Shown piece by piece: positions 42,018-53,547 of a stretch of DNA of 64,000 bases (positions within the stretch are counted from its first letter, which is position 1; each line of letters starts with the position of its first letter). The notes under the pieces were generated by a model. It did not search any database and was not told the origin of the DNA. It saw only the letters and a program-made list of their open reading frames with translations. The DNA comes from Thelocarpon superellum (Eukaryota). Made by a program: the position numbers and the translations under genes. The stretch is taken from the NCBI GenBank assembly GCA_026025795.1, contig JAPEUG010000041.1:1-64000 (forward strand), given 5' to 3'.

Positions 42018-42413
42018 CAAGACCAGAAGTCAACTGCCGACGCGCCCCTGACCACCCGACAGAGATTTTTGGGGTGTCCGGAAGGGGAGGGGGGAAGTGG
42101 TGACTGGCGGCCCGTGAATGGTCGGGGCTCAAGCTGATATATGACGTGTCGGACCAGCGTCGTCCACGGCACCCCGGATCGAAGGGGGACGAAGGGACCG
42201 GATGCGGGTCGTTGGTCTACCGCCTTCACAACCGTGCTGGAGCCAGCGACGGTGAAGGTTGGAATGGGCAGGAGCTTGGGTGCGCGAAGACCAGTCACGC
42301 CCCGGGAGTCGGAGGGGCAGCGGTCGAGGCGAAACACCGAGACTCGTCCGGCACGAGCGAGGTGAGAATAGAATCTGGCTGGGCGGTTGCGAAGTGGACC
42401 GGATGGTCCGACG

Positions 42414-42475
42414 GGCACCGGCACAGGGCACAGGCACCGGCACAGGCACCGGCACAGGCACCGGCACAGGCACAG
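42414..42475 (+). repeat. (GGCACAGGCACC)n repeat upstream of vosA
   Basis: About 5 visible 12-mer units. Confidence 0.85.
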
Positions 42476-45400
42476 ACGGTCACTGGGGGACGCTGGACAG
42501 AGCGGAGGTAGCGACAGGTAGCAGGATCGCGGACCGCATCGCCAGTGACAGAGGGAAGGCGGGCAGGTTCGTCGAACGGGCGCGATGGAGCGATGGAGGG
42601 GTGGAGTGGTGGAGGGGTGAACCCGCGTTCGAGACCGGGTACCTTGGATCGACCGGACCGCAGGCGCTGGGGCTTCGCAGTGGAGGAGGGCTGGCCAGGG
42701 CACGGCGGACGTCGGGCCCTCGGTCGAGGCTTCGTGCCCTTTTTGCACGCTGCGCGCAGTTTTTGCCTCTGGTTCTGCGCGCGGTTGCTGGCCGGTCTCT
42801 GCTCGACCCTTGGCTGGGATGGTTTGGGTGGGATTTTAGGTGGGAGAGTCCCGCACCAGCCCAAGGTGGCTACGGGACTTTAGTGGAGTTATTGGATTTG
42901 CGTTTGGCTGGCGGGGCACACCCTGGGTCTGGCCGCACGCTTGTACGCGAACAGCCTGGGAGCGGCCGGGTTTCAGCGGCGACGATGGCTCGCGCACCTT
43001 TCCTTGGCTCACTCGTGCGCCGAGTACGCGCGCGTTCTTTCTCCTTCTCTTTCTCTCTCTTTCTCTTTCTCTTCCTCTTGCTCCGCTAGCTGGCGTCAGC
43101 ACACGGACCTCTGGCCACGCACGTCGTGGCGGCGTGTGCTGAACGGTGGGCTGACGTCGGCGCGATCTGGTGCTGACCAGCCGCGAGGGACGGGGCGGCG
43201 AAGGCGAGGGTCGGCGGATGAGAAGGATTGCTTGCGGGTTGACGAGGGTCGAGGGCGCTCCGATGCCGGCTTGAACCGACGGTTGAGCCTGGGTCAATAC
43301 CGGGTTGCTTCAAAGGACGCTTTCGGCGCAGTGGCGGCGCGCTACCTGATGGCGCACCTTTCCCCTTCACAAGCTTTCCACGCTTCGTGCGGCCCTTTGG
43401 TCAGGCAATGCGGTGGTCAATGCGGCACTTGGCGAGGGAGGGTGACGGGTAGTGGATGGTGAACGTCAGGCCGACCGAGGATCGTCATGCACTGGGGATG
43501 GCGTCCCCGGACGAGGCAAACGCGAGAGGGTCGGAGCGATGATCCCGTCTAGCGCCGTCTCGCGATGTTGACGCTTTCTCCTCAAACGAAGAAAGGGAGG
43601 GCCGGGCGCAGCGACTCAAATACTCCACCCACGGCACCGGAGCGGTTTGGGTGTGGGCCTGGAATGCAGTCCGGTGGTCCTGCTGTGCTCCCGTCGAGCA
43701 CGCGTGCGACTAATCCCGCCGAAGAGGTCGACGTCGTCGACGGTCCGTTGCCCGGAGTGGTGGTGGGTACGCCAACAAAGAAAGGCGCCACGGTTGCGGA
43801 CGCTGGTATGTGCGACCAAGCCGGTTGCGGCGGACCGGGGGGGGGGGAGCAATTGACGACGGCTAGGCCCGGAGGTCTTGAATGGCTTCGTCTCCAGGGG
43901 TTCCCCCGGGGCGGAGGGCGAGAGTGCTCGGGACCCTTGGAGGGGGAGGGAGGTCGGGTGTCAGTTGGAGAGGTGAAGAGGTGTGACGGATTGGGATGAG
44001 GGACGGAAGGAGAGATAGGAAGGTGTGAGAGAGGCGGAGGTGGAGGCGAGCCCGGTGGTGGCGGCGGACGGTTGTGCCTGCAGCTGCCGGCTCGGCAAAG
44101 CCTGGGGAGACGGGGGCATGATGCGAGAGAACGACGCAGGAAAGAGGGTAGAAGGCCGGGTGCAGGACGACGGTCGCGCATCAGCAGCATGCACGCGTAT
44201 CCTTGTACCATACAGCTCCTTTCCCGGTCACTGTTGGGCTGAATTTGGGGGTGGCACCCGTTCGCGCGCGATCTGGCGGGACGGACGGACTCGTATCACC
44301 GCAGCTGGACCGGGGGGGTGGGACCGCCACCACGGGCGCCGGGGGAATGGCGAAGAGACAGTGGGAAGGGGAAAGTGGAAAGTCGTCACGGTGTTACTTG
44401 ATCGGGGGTGGGCCACGAGCAGCGCGGGACCCACCCCAGCTCCCTGATTGGTTCTGAACCTCGGACGACGGCAGCTGGAGCTGGTTTACTGATTACAAAC
44501 TCACGGACTTGCGGACTTACGACCGCGACGACGTCGTGTCGGCGGGCGAGCCTGGGAAACTTTTCGCCGGTCGAGACGTGGAAAGGGCCATCCGCCCCCT
44601 CCACGGCAACGGCCGGTCCCAGGGAAGGTCAGGTCCGGTAGAGGGCGCGCATGAACAGTTCCACGGAGCCACATGGCGTTGACAAGCGGTACCGCAGCTG
44701 GACGACGGAACGCTGGCAGTTGTACCGGTCCCGCGTAAGCACAGACGGGCCCCATGTCCCCGAGTGGGCCGATGTGGGCGATGGGACATGGATCGTTCGG
44801 TCATGCCAGGCGCCGCTAGGCGTTAGTGTCGCCGCAGGGGAGACCCGACCGGTGGCCTGGCGGACGGGGAGGCAGGAGGGCGGTGGTAGCCGAACGCCTT
44901 TTTTTCGCTCTGGCGCCTTTGGCACTCGTACCCTCCGTACCTTTGGTGCCGTCCCCTAAGCGGCCACCGCTGTCTTTGCTGCATGCAGCTCGCTCGCTTG
45001 GTGGATTACCATCCAGAGACCCTGTCTGCTGGCGTGCGCGCTCACCCCGGGATTCCAGGCCCACCAGTGAAGAACCTAAGGGCACAGGGCACCAGGATCC
45101 TACCATCCCACCTCGTCCCTTGGCGAGCCGAATCCCAGCCGTGGATCGAGACCACGCTCTACGATCGCAGGGGAGCAGGGGCACTTGGGAGAGGGGCGGG
45201 TGGACCATTGGTGTTTGCTCTTCTCTGGCCGATGCGACCTCATGTGGCTCGATCCGAGCTTTGATCGGGGATGCTTTACGCACGTCTGATCGGATTTCCA
45301 TCGGAGTTCTGGAAAGCGTCTAGACTGCGCCGCGGACCGTACCATGGATTGCTGTATTCCTACTCGGCCGAAGACTCGAGTGAGTCGTACAGACACGAGG

Positions 45401-48400
45401 TCGTGCAGGATGGTACGAAGTACATCGTCCCTCCTCGGAGCAGTACCGAATGCCAGCGACAGAGGCATTGGGGTAACCCGATATGCATTGCATGTTGCAC
45501 CTCGCGTGCTCGATTCGTGTCGGTCGTCGGGTGCGGATGAGTGGGCGTTCTAGCACCGCCGTGGAAGCCACGCGCCGTGTCACCCCAATCTGTCTCTCGC
45601 TGTAGGGATGCCGGCGGGCAACGATCGGCACCACTGACCACTTGACGTCGCGATGGTGTCGGCACTGTAGGTGACCTGGACTGTTGACCATGGCACCCAC
45701 CACGGCAGCGTTCCTGCCGTCGTCCGTCGTCCCATGACCATCAATCCTCCCCTCGTTACCAGAATCGAGGCCACCGCGACGATGATCAATGCCCGGCCCT
45801 TGACCAGCGCACGTCCGAACTCGTCCGTGGTCGGGGTGTCGTTCGAGTCAGGCTACCGTCATTTCTCGGGCGCTGGTTTGTATGGTAGACCCGACTACTG
45901 GGTCCGTTGGGTCGGTTGACTCGGTCGAGTCAGTCCCGTCGACGGCGCTTAGCCGGAAGGCTCATGGTCCGTCCATTGACTCTTCTGGCTCCTGTTTCTC
46001 ATCTTCACATGTCGACGCCGTGACCATCCGAAATTTTTTGGTTGGATAAGGCGAAAAAAATCTTCTGCTGGACGGGAAAACTCTACACGCCAGAGCTGAC
46101 TGGTAGATGGGTCACGGCCGACGTCGGAAGCCGGGTGTGAGAGGTCATGGGTCGTTTGGAGAGGGCTTCGTAGGGCTGGCGCCGGGAAGGAAGGACGGAG
46201 AGTATCATCCGGGCTTACGTGGACGCGTGCTCGTCCGTCTGACCTCTTGCCTTGCGTCACTATTATTCCTCACCATTTGCACCCCAAACCGCCCACAGTC
46301 CCATCGGTCGCTCCTCTGGGCATGGTCGTGACCTAAGGCGGCGGTGGAGGTTGGCCATGGCAGGGATGGGCGTGCAGCATGTCATGCACTCGGCTGCACT
46401 CGCATGGCCGGATGCACGTGTGCAACCATTTTGACGCAGCGCCGCTCTTCCGCCCGTCGCCCGTGGATCGCGACGGCGGCTGCACTGCTTTTCTTTTTCT
46501 GCGCCTACGGCTTGACGTCTGGCTTGTCCAGCTTGTCCGACCGCCCCCGACCTAGACCACGGCCATGGCGTGTTGGGGCGGGGGTCCGATGTAAGTCATC
46601 TCGCCGCCGGCCGGCGGCCGCAGTCGCCTGTACGCAAACCTTGTGCTTCCACCACCGAGCGGGGGACCGGCCCCCGCGTCTGTTTCCCCCCACGCCTCGC
46701 GTCGAAGCAAGTCCATCCAATGCTGCACCTTCAATGCAAGTGCAGGTGCGACAGTTGCCGGCGGGCACACCATCGCCGTCGTATTTCATGGTAGCGAGGC
46801 TGGCCCGGACCCAGCCAGCCAGGGACGAGGCCAGACGCGGGGCAAGAACACGGACGGCGGGGACCACAACCAATGGCCGCCTCGTCTCGGCCGACGAGTG
46901 ACTCTTGCGTCGGACATGGATGGTCCGTCAGGTTGGCGACAGGTTGATCAGCCACGGTCCGTTCGCCGCAGGATCGATGGGTCGGATGATCGATTCTAGA
47001 CCGCGCACCTATGGTATCACGCCGTAGCCATGAGGACGAGGACGAGGACGGGGACGAGTACCCAGGCCATACTCTGGTAGCTGTAATGTGACGTTCGGTA
47101 GTTTGTCATTGCGGCGCTTTGCCGCGCCCAGCCAAACGCCACGAATCCTCGCGACTCCCCGGGGCACGCATCCGCTCGCCCACTTTACTGGCCGTCAACT
47201 AATCGCGTAGTGGCTCAAGCGAAAAGCGAGCTCGTGTGAGCCAGATGGTGGATGGGCCCAGACAGAGTTCCACCCCGGACGCTGCTTCACCAATGGCGAG
47301 GCGTGGGCGGAGATGTGCTGAATCTTTGGATTCTGGATACCCGCCCGCCGCCACAGCACCAAGGCGCGGGCAGTGACTGGATCATGGCTCGGGGTTGTGA
47401 TACGTCACCCTCTCTAGCCGTCTCGCCCGCGCCGACGCTGAAGTCGCGTGGCAAATCGGTGGGACCGCGGGACCGCGGGACCAATGGAGCTGTGGATGAG
47501 ACCAATGGATCGAGTGAACGCTCGTCCGACCTCGACCGGCCCGACCGAGAGAACCGGGCGGCGCACTCGATGTAGTCACGGAAGTACGAAGTATTTTACA
47601 CTTCCCAAAGCCACGCGACACTCCTGCAGAGCGAGATGTGACGACGGTCGCCGTCACGCGAGATTGAGATTGGATGAGCTTGTTTCTCCGAGGGCCAGTC
47701 ATCGTCCCTCCTCTCCCCTGACCTCCTTTCCCTTGCTTCCGCTCATCCCTCCGTCGCTCCAGTGCAGCCATCCAAGTCCTGTTCCACTTGGACGTGTTCA
47801 TTTCAAACCCGACTGGACGGCTGAGGGTGGAGGCGATGGAGATATTGGTGGTGGCGGTGGCGCATTTACGCGTACTCGTACTCTACCTACCACGGACAAT
47901 CCACGCTGACTTGGCTGTGCCGCGGTGTCTCTCAACTTACGGTATCACTCACGCCCCGCTAGCCATGCTAGTGCTGTCACATCAGAGCCTGATCACGTCG
48001 TGTCGGAACTGATCAGGCTTCTGAATCTCCGGTACGGTACCAAGACGTCTGACCATCTACAAACGCCGTCATATCGATTGACTCTTGTCTCTTTCCGACC
48101 TGTTTGTACCACCACGACCACTCCAAGTGGCTAGTTGTCGCTTCCACCTACCGACGCTTTGTCCGCGTGACAAGCCGCATGCATGCAGGTGGCATCTGCC
48201 GCGGAAGTACGGTGGCACAGACATCTAGACGTTCCATGGAATTGTTCTAGACAGTCTTCGATGCAGTGTTCATTTCGTGCGGTACGACGACACAGCCACG
48301 AGGCCAGGATAGCCACGAGGTCATGCATGCGTCGAGGAGAAGAGGAATAGCCACAAGGTCATACGCGCAAGGGGCTGTGTAAGTAGGACCTGGGCAAGTG

Positions 48401-48681
48401 GGCGGCAGGCGCACCCGAGACGCACCGGATCCCCCCTTGTGTGTTGCACGTCCTGTGGGTGACTCGAGACCAGGTCGTAGGCGAATTGGAAATGGTAGGA
48501 TTCATTATCTTTGTGATATGCTTCGTGCTTCCGGCTTCATCATCGTGCTTCATCATGCTAAAGATGGATCATGGTGAGGGGGAAAGTGAAGAATCGTGGT
48601 GAAGTGAATAGGGACGGAGGCGGTGATAGTCATGTGGTCCATCGTCCATCTCCTTCCTGCGTGAACCTAACCCCGGCAGCC

Positions 48682-50211
48682 TCAGTCCTCAAACTTGATC
48701 CCCTTCCGACCGTCCACGTCAATTGCACCCCCCCGATAACTGCCCCGCTTCTTCTTGTTCTTCTCCTTGGTGAAGCCCTTGCCCCTGGTCACGATGAGGT
48801 CCTGGTGCGCGCGCTCCGCGTAGTCGTACGGGACGTAGGCGTTGGACGCGAGGCGTTCGTCGACTCTGATGTCGTCGGGGATTCGACTGAAGGGCTTATT
48901 GGTGCTTTTGTCCTTGGTGCTGGATCTCTTCGTTTTGGTCGCCGCCGAGGTCGGATCAGGCCTAGGCGCGATGTTCGTGGCGCTGCTGGACTTGCTCGGC
49001 TTATCCGCTTTCGCCTTTTTGATCGGTTTGCTGCCGTTGGAGACGGGCGCGGGGGAGTGAGACCGTTTTCGTTTGAGCGCTGGGGCGGGAATGGATCCTT
49101 TCGAGGGCGTCGCGTCCGAGTTCGAGGCAGAGTCCGATGGGCTGCTTGCCGACGATGACGAGACGGATGAGCTGGCGGAGGAATGGATCTTGTGGCCGGG
49201 GTTCTTGGAGATTCTCTCGCCCACCAAAGTGGCGCTGGAATCGGTGGATCCGTTCACCGATGGGACTGGGTTGGCTTCCGACTTCTTCCTTTTCTTCGTC
49301 GGATCGAGAGCAAGCGCTCGGAGGGACTGTTTAGAGATGGTAGATGTAGATGTGCTCGGCGCTTGCTTCTCTTTGCCGTTTGCCACTTTCTTCACCACGA
49401 CGAACGTCTCTTCTTGCGACGTCTCATCGTCGGACGAAGAATCGGACGAGGAGGCGGCGCGTGTGCCGTCCGTCGTGGGCTTCGGCTTGGTTTTCGATGG
49501 GGAGGCTTTCTTGCTCTTGGACTCCTCCTCGTCATCGGCATCGCTATCGCTGGAGACGGAGGAGGCTGACGGCAGGGGCTTGGAGGCTGTCGAGGTGCAG
49601 GGCTTGCTGACCGTCGGCGCTTGGATCGCTTTGGAAGCCGACTTCTTCGCTGGCGGTGCATCGTCCATGCTCACATGGCCGTCGTCACTGCTGCTGTCAC
49701 TGTCGCCACCGCTGCTGCTGCTGCTGCTGGTCTCGTCTCCCTTTGTCTCCGCAGAGGTGGTTGGGTTGACGGGGGCGCCTCCATCCGCGTCGCTGCTCGT
49801 GGCGTCGGCATCCTGCTCGTCCTGCTCATCTTGCCATTCTTGGTGCCATTCCTTGTATATCCGCACCAGACCCGGCAGTCCCTTGGGGAGTTTCTTGCCG
49901 AGCTCGTCCGTCCAGCCGTCTAACCGGCTGCGTCCCTGTCGTTCCACGGTAAATAGCCGGCAGGTGCCGTTAAATCCATATTCGGTGAGGAAGACGGCAA
50001 TTAGGTTGAGGAGCTGAGGAGGAGGTGAGGGCTTCTCAGGGACGCCGAGGGCACGGCGCTTGAGGAAGTTGAGGGCTTTCTCTCGCTCTTGTTTGGCGGT
50101 GCGGGCTTCTTTGGGATCGACGGTCTTGGGATTGAGAGCCGGGTTGTCCTCGTCTGGTGGAAACAGCCAGGCTGGCTGAGGTTTCAGCGGCGCGTTCTTC
50201 TTCTTCGGCAT
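48682..50211 (-). CDS. SRP40: Nucleolar Srp40/Nopp140-like protein (~509 aa)
   Basis: LisH-like LLNLIAVFLTEYGFNGTCRLF, alternating Ser/acidic and Lys/Pro tracts, and the SRP40_C domain PFSRIP...SNAY..YDYAERAHQDLIVTRGKGFTKEKNKKKRGSYRGGAID...IKFED. Confidence 0.9.
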   Translation of the reverse strand: MPKKKNAPLKPQPAWLFPPDEDNPALNPKTVDPKEARTAKQEREKALNFLKRRALGVPEKPSPPPQLLNLIAVFLTEYGFNGTCRLFTVERQGRSRLDGWTDELGKKLPKGLPGLVRIYKEWHQEWQDEQDEQDADATSSDADGGAPVNPTTSAETKGDETSSSSSSGGDSDSSSDDGHVSMDDAPPAKKSASKAIQAPTVSKPCTSTASKPLPSASSVSSDSDADDEEESKSKKASPSKTKPKPTTDGTRAASSSDSSSDDETSQEETFVVVKKVANGKEKQAPSTSTSTISKQSLRALALDPTKKRKKSEANPVPSVNGSTDSSATLVGERISKNPGHKIHSSASSSVSSSSASSPSDSASNSDATPSKGSIPAPALKRKRSHSPAPVSNGSKPIKKAKADKPSKSSSATNIAPRPDPTSAATKTKRSSTKDKSTNKPFSRIPDDIRVDERLASNAYVPYDYAERAHQDLIVTRGKGFTKEKNKKKRGSYRGGAIDVDGRKGIKFED

Positions 50212-50767
50212 CGTAAACGTGGCGATGAAGAGCGCCGGTGAGGAGTGGAGGTGGAGGAGGTGGAGGAGGTGGAGGAGGTGGAGGTGAGCGGTGGAGAAGT
50301 CGATTGTGGGCCACGAGTGGAGCTCGAGGTGAGGATTTCCCACGGAATCGACAAAAAAGATCTTAGCGTCGTGTGCGCACGGAAGCGGTGGAGGAAGCCG
50401 TGGACGACTATGACCCGAAGCGGGAAGGCGTGAAGGGGAAACTCTTTGGCGAGACAGCCGTCGACGGCTCGACAATGGGACGTGATAGGTCACGTGCACC
50501 CCTGGCCAGCATCTTCGCTGCTGCATTGCTGTCGCTGTCGCTGTCGCTGCCGCTGTCGAGTGATGGCGTCAACGCGGCATAAGAGAATGACGACGTGACG
50601 TGCACTTCCCCTGATCCATTTGTCGCGCATCATGAGCATGGTCGCAGACGGAATGCATGTGGTCTGATCCCTCGTCGACGAGCTCACCCGACCGCTACAT
50701 GTGCGACTCATGCCCGAGCTCGGGCGCTCTCCCCTTCTGGCCTTGAGCGCGCGCCTCGTCTGGCACC

Positions 50768-53006
50768 ATGTCAGCCAAGACACGGGCCGAGAAGTTTGAG
50801 GATGAGAAACGACGGATCGTGGAGAGTTGCTTTGCCAAACAGGACGAAGATGGCTCATGTAAGGCCGAGGCCGCTCGACGCGGGTGAGAATCGTCTCATG
50901 TTGACCACCCTACAGTACTGGAGTCGTACATCACCCACGTTCGCATCGTCGAGGACGCGGCATACCCATCGACCCCGGCACCTCCCGAGTCACCTCCCGA
51001 GAATAAGAAGCCTCGCATCATCATCGTTGCGGTGCGCAAGTCGGGCCGGGTGCGGATGCACAAGGCGCGAGAGAACAACAATGGCAGCTTCTCCATCGGC
51101 AAGACATGGGTGCTCGACGACCTGTCGGCCATCCAATCCTTCACCGGGCCCGCGTCGCTCAAGCGTGAGGAAGAGCAGCAACGGCAATGGGCGGGCGGGG
51201 CCGGGTTTGTGGTAACGATCTCCAAGTCCTACTACTGGCAGGCGGGCACGTCGAAAGAGAAGGATTTCTTCATCGCGAGTCTGGTGAAGATCTACAAGAA
51301 ATACACGGCGGGGAAGGCGCCGGAGTTGCTCGGGTTTGACGCGCGCGAGCGGGAGCAATTGCTCGGACCACAGGCCGCGCGAGGGCCCACACCCGACGCC
51401 GTGCCGCGGGAGGTGCCGCGGGATATCAACACAAGGGATGCGGCCATCTCGCCCGCAGCACCACCGCTCCGGTCACCATACCTGCCGGTGGAAGAGCCGC
51501 GTCCGAGCATCGACTCGCGAACGGGCAGTCTCACGGGGAGTGTCCCGTCCAGTCTCCCCAGCAATGGCATCTCGGCGGCGCGGGGGTATGGACGGGATTC
51601 GTCCGACGGACCCAAGGCGCCCAGCGATGGACGACCGTCACGCGACGAAACGTGGATGGCACCCCGCAAGCCGGAGTTTCCCAAGCCCGACTATGTCAAG
51701 TCGGAATACGCGAAGCCGGAGTATGCTAAGCCAGCCCTTCCCCCGCCCGACCATCCCAAGGCGGACTTGGCCAAGACGGAGGCCCCTAGCGAGAGCAAGG
51801 AGAGCGTCACGTCGCCATCGTCGGTGGATTCTCGAGACCGAGAGGACGAAGACCACCGGCCAGGACTCGGGCCGATGATCAAGCAAAAGTCGAGGCGAGA
51901 CATTGGCGCGGCATTCCGCAAGGCCGCCACGGCGTACACGGCCTTCCGACCACGACCGGGCGGGGCGGGGGAGAAGCTACGGGAGGAGGGACTCAAGGAG
52001 CCCGACGGCATGACGGCCGTGGTACCAGCGCCATCCCCGCTCTCGCGCGGCGTCAGCCAAGATGGCAGCGTTAGCGGGGCCAAGCGCATCAGCGACGCGA
52101 CCGAGCCAGTCCCAGAAGTGATGGTGACGGGGGCCATGTCACCGCCGCCGCGGCCCGCACACCGACCCTATTCCTCGCGCGAGCGAAACGAGGCCAGTCG
52201 GCCGTCGACCCCACGCACCAGCCTACCCAAGGCCGGGATCGTGGCCCGCACGCCGCCACCGGCTGCCGCCGCCGCGGCTGCGATCCAGCAACGAAAGAAG
52301 GCACAGGCGGAGGAAACGGCACGCTACGTCGCGCACCTCGGCATCGACCCGCATCTACTCGGCGACAAAGCCACGGACATTGACTGGATCCTGAGTGATT
52401 TCGGATGTAGCGGGGGAGACGTGAAGAGCGGACGAGAAGGCACGGGCGGAAAAGAAGGAGAGATGCGCGGCTCGCCATCACGACGGCCCACTCCCCAGAG
52501 CGGGTCGACGGCCTTTCCGGCCCCGCTGGCCTCGCGGTTGAAGAAGCCCGAGGAGCTCGAGGCGGAGCTGAAGCGAGAGCTGGGACGAGTGGAGGCCGGG
52601 AGCTGGCTGGGCCTTGCGTCTGCGTCGGCGGCGTCGTCATCGTCTCCCTCGCGGCAATCCTCATCGCAGGCGCCGCAGCAATTCGAGGAAAAAGACGAGC
52701 GAGTGGCGGTGGTGGAGCGGCTGCTTGATCAGGCCATGGCGGAGTGTGACGAGTTGCAGGGACTACTGACGCTCTACAGCGTTGAGCTGAGCGTAAGTTC
52801 CTCCCCTCCAGCTGTGCAGGACGAGCAACGAGCGAGGAGAAGAGAAGAGTGAAGACGCTAAGATGAAACCCATATGGCAGACGCTCAACGACGACATCTC
52901 CTACATCGAAGCACAATCCGGCGGGCTGCAGGTCCAAACGGCGAACCAGAAACTACTCCAGTTGGAACTGCAGACACGGTTGCATTCGCTCAATGTGCCG
53001 AGATGA
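50768..53006 (+). CDS. SEC3: Exocyst Sec3-derived protein truncated after the coiled coil (~697 aa); exons 50768-50858, 50916-52792, 52881-53006
   Basis: RAEKFEDEKRRIVESCF..|LLESYITHVRIVED..KKPRIIIVAVRKSGRVRMHKARENNNGSFSIGKTWVLDDL (Sec3 PIP2-binding PH domain); ECDELQGLLTLYSVELS|TLNDDISYIEAQSGGLQVQTANQKLL; then TGA TGA. Confidence 0.85.
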
Positions 53007-53240
53007 TGATCACTCCGCCATCTCTCCTCCTTCTCTTTCCCTGCTCTTTCTCTTTCCCGCTTTCCCCTGCCATGGATGGGCGGATGGTCAGATGGTCAGA
53101 TGGGTGGAACTAGGGCTGGGCAGTTGCATGCAAGGGAAACGGACATGGGAAGGGAACCGGCGGGCAGGCGGGCGCTTCTGACTCATATACGCCTTGTGTA
53201 TCAATACCTCTTCTACCCAAGTCTTCCACTTCTTCCCCTG

Positions 53241-53352
53241 CTTCCTCTCCATCGTCTTCTTCTTCCTCTCCATCGTCTTCTTCTTCCTCTCCATCGTCTT
53301 CTTCTTCCTCTCCATCGTCTTCTTCTTCCTCTCCATCGTCTTCTTCTTCCTC
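53241..53352 (+). repeat. 21-bp tandem repeat CTTCCTCTCCATCGTCTTCTT, ~5 copies
   Basis: Perfect tandem units between the convergent sec3 and nuo51 ends. Confidence 0.95.
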
Positions 53353-53547
53353 TTCTTCATCACGTCAAGTCTCGGTCAAAGGTTCCATGGAATGACCCTT
53401 TCGGCGTATGGTAAGATGCAGGCAGTAGTAGGATGGTACATGGCGCAGCGATTGATGAATCGGTAGAAAACGCCGCTTCTACCGCTCTTACTCCCCTCCC
53501 TTTCCCCCTCCTTGTTCTCCTCGTCGTCTCCATCCCTGCGTACTCGT

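Noticed and set aside
53088..53466. KKKTMER and FFFLSIV repeat ORFs
   Set aside because: These are translations of the 21-bp tandem repeat.
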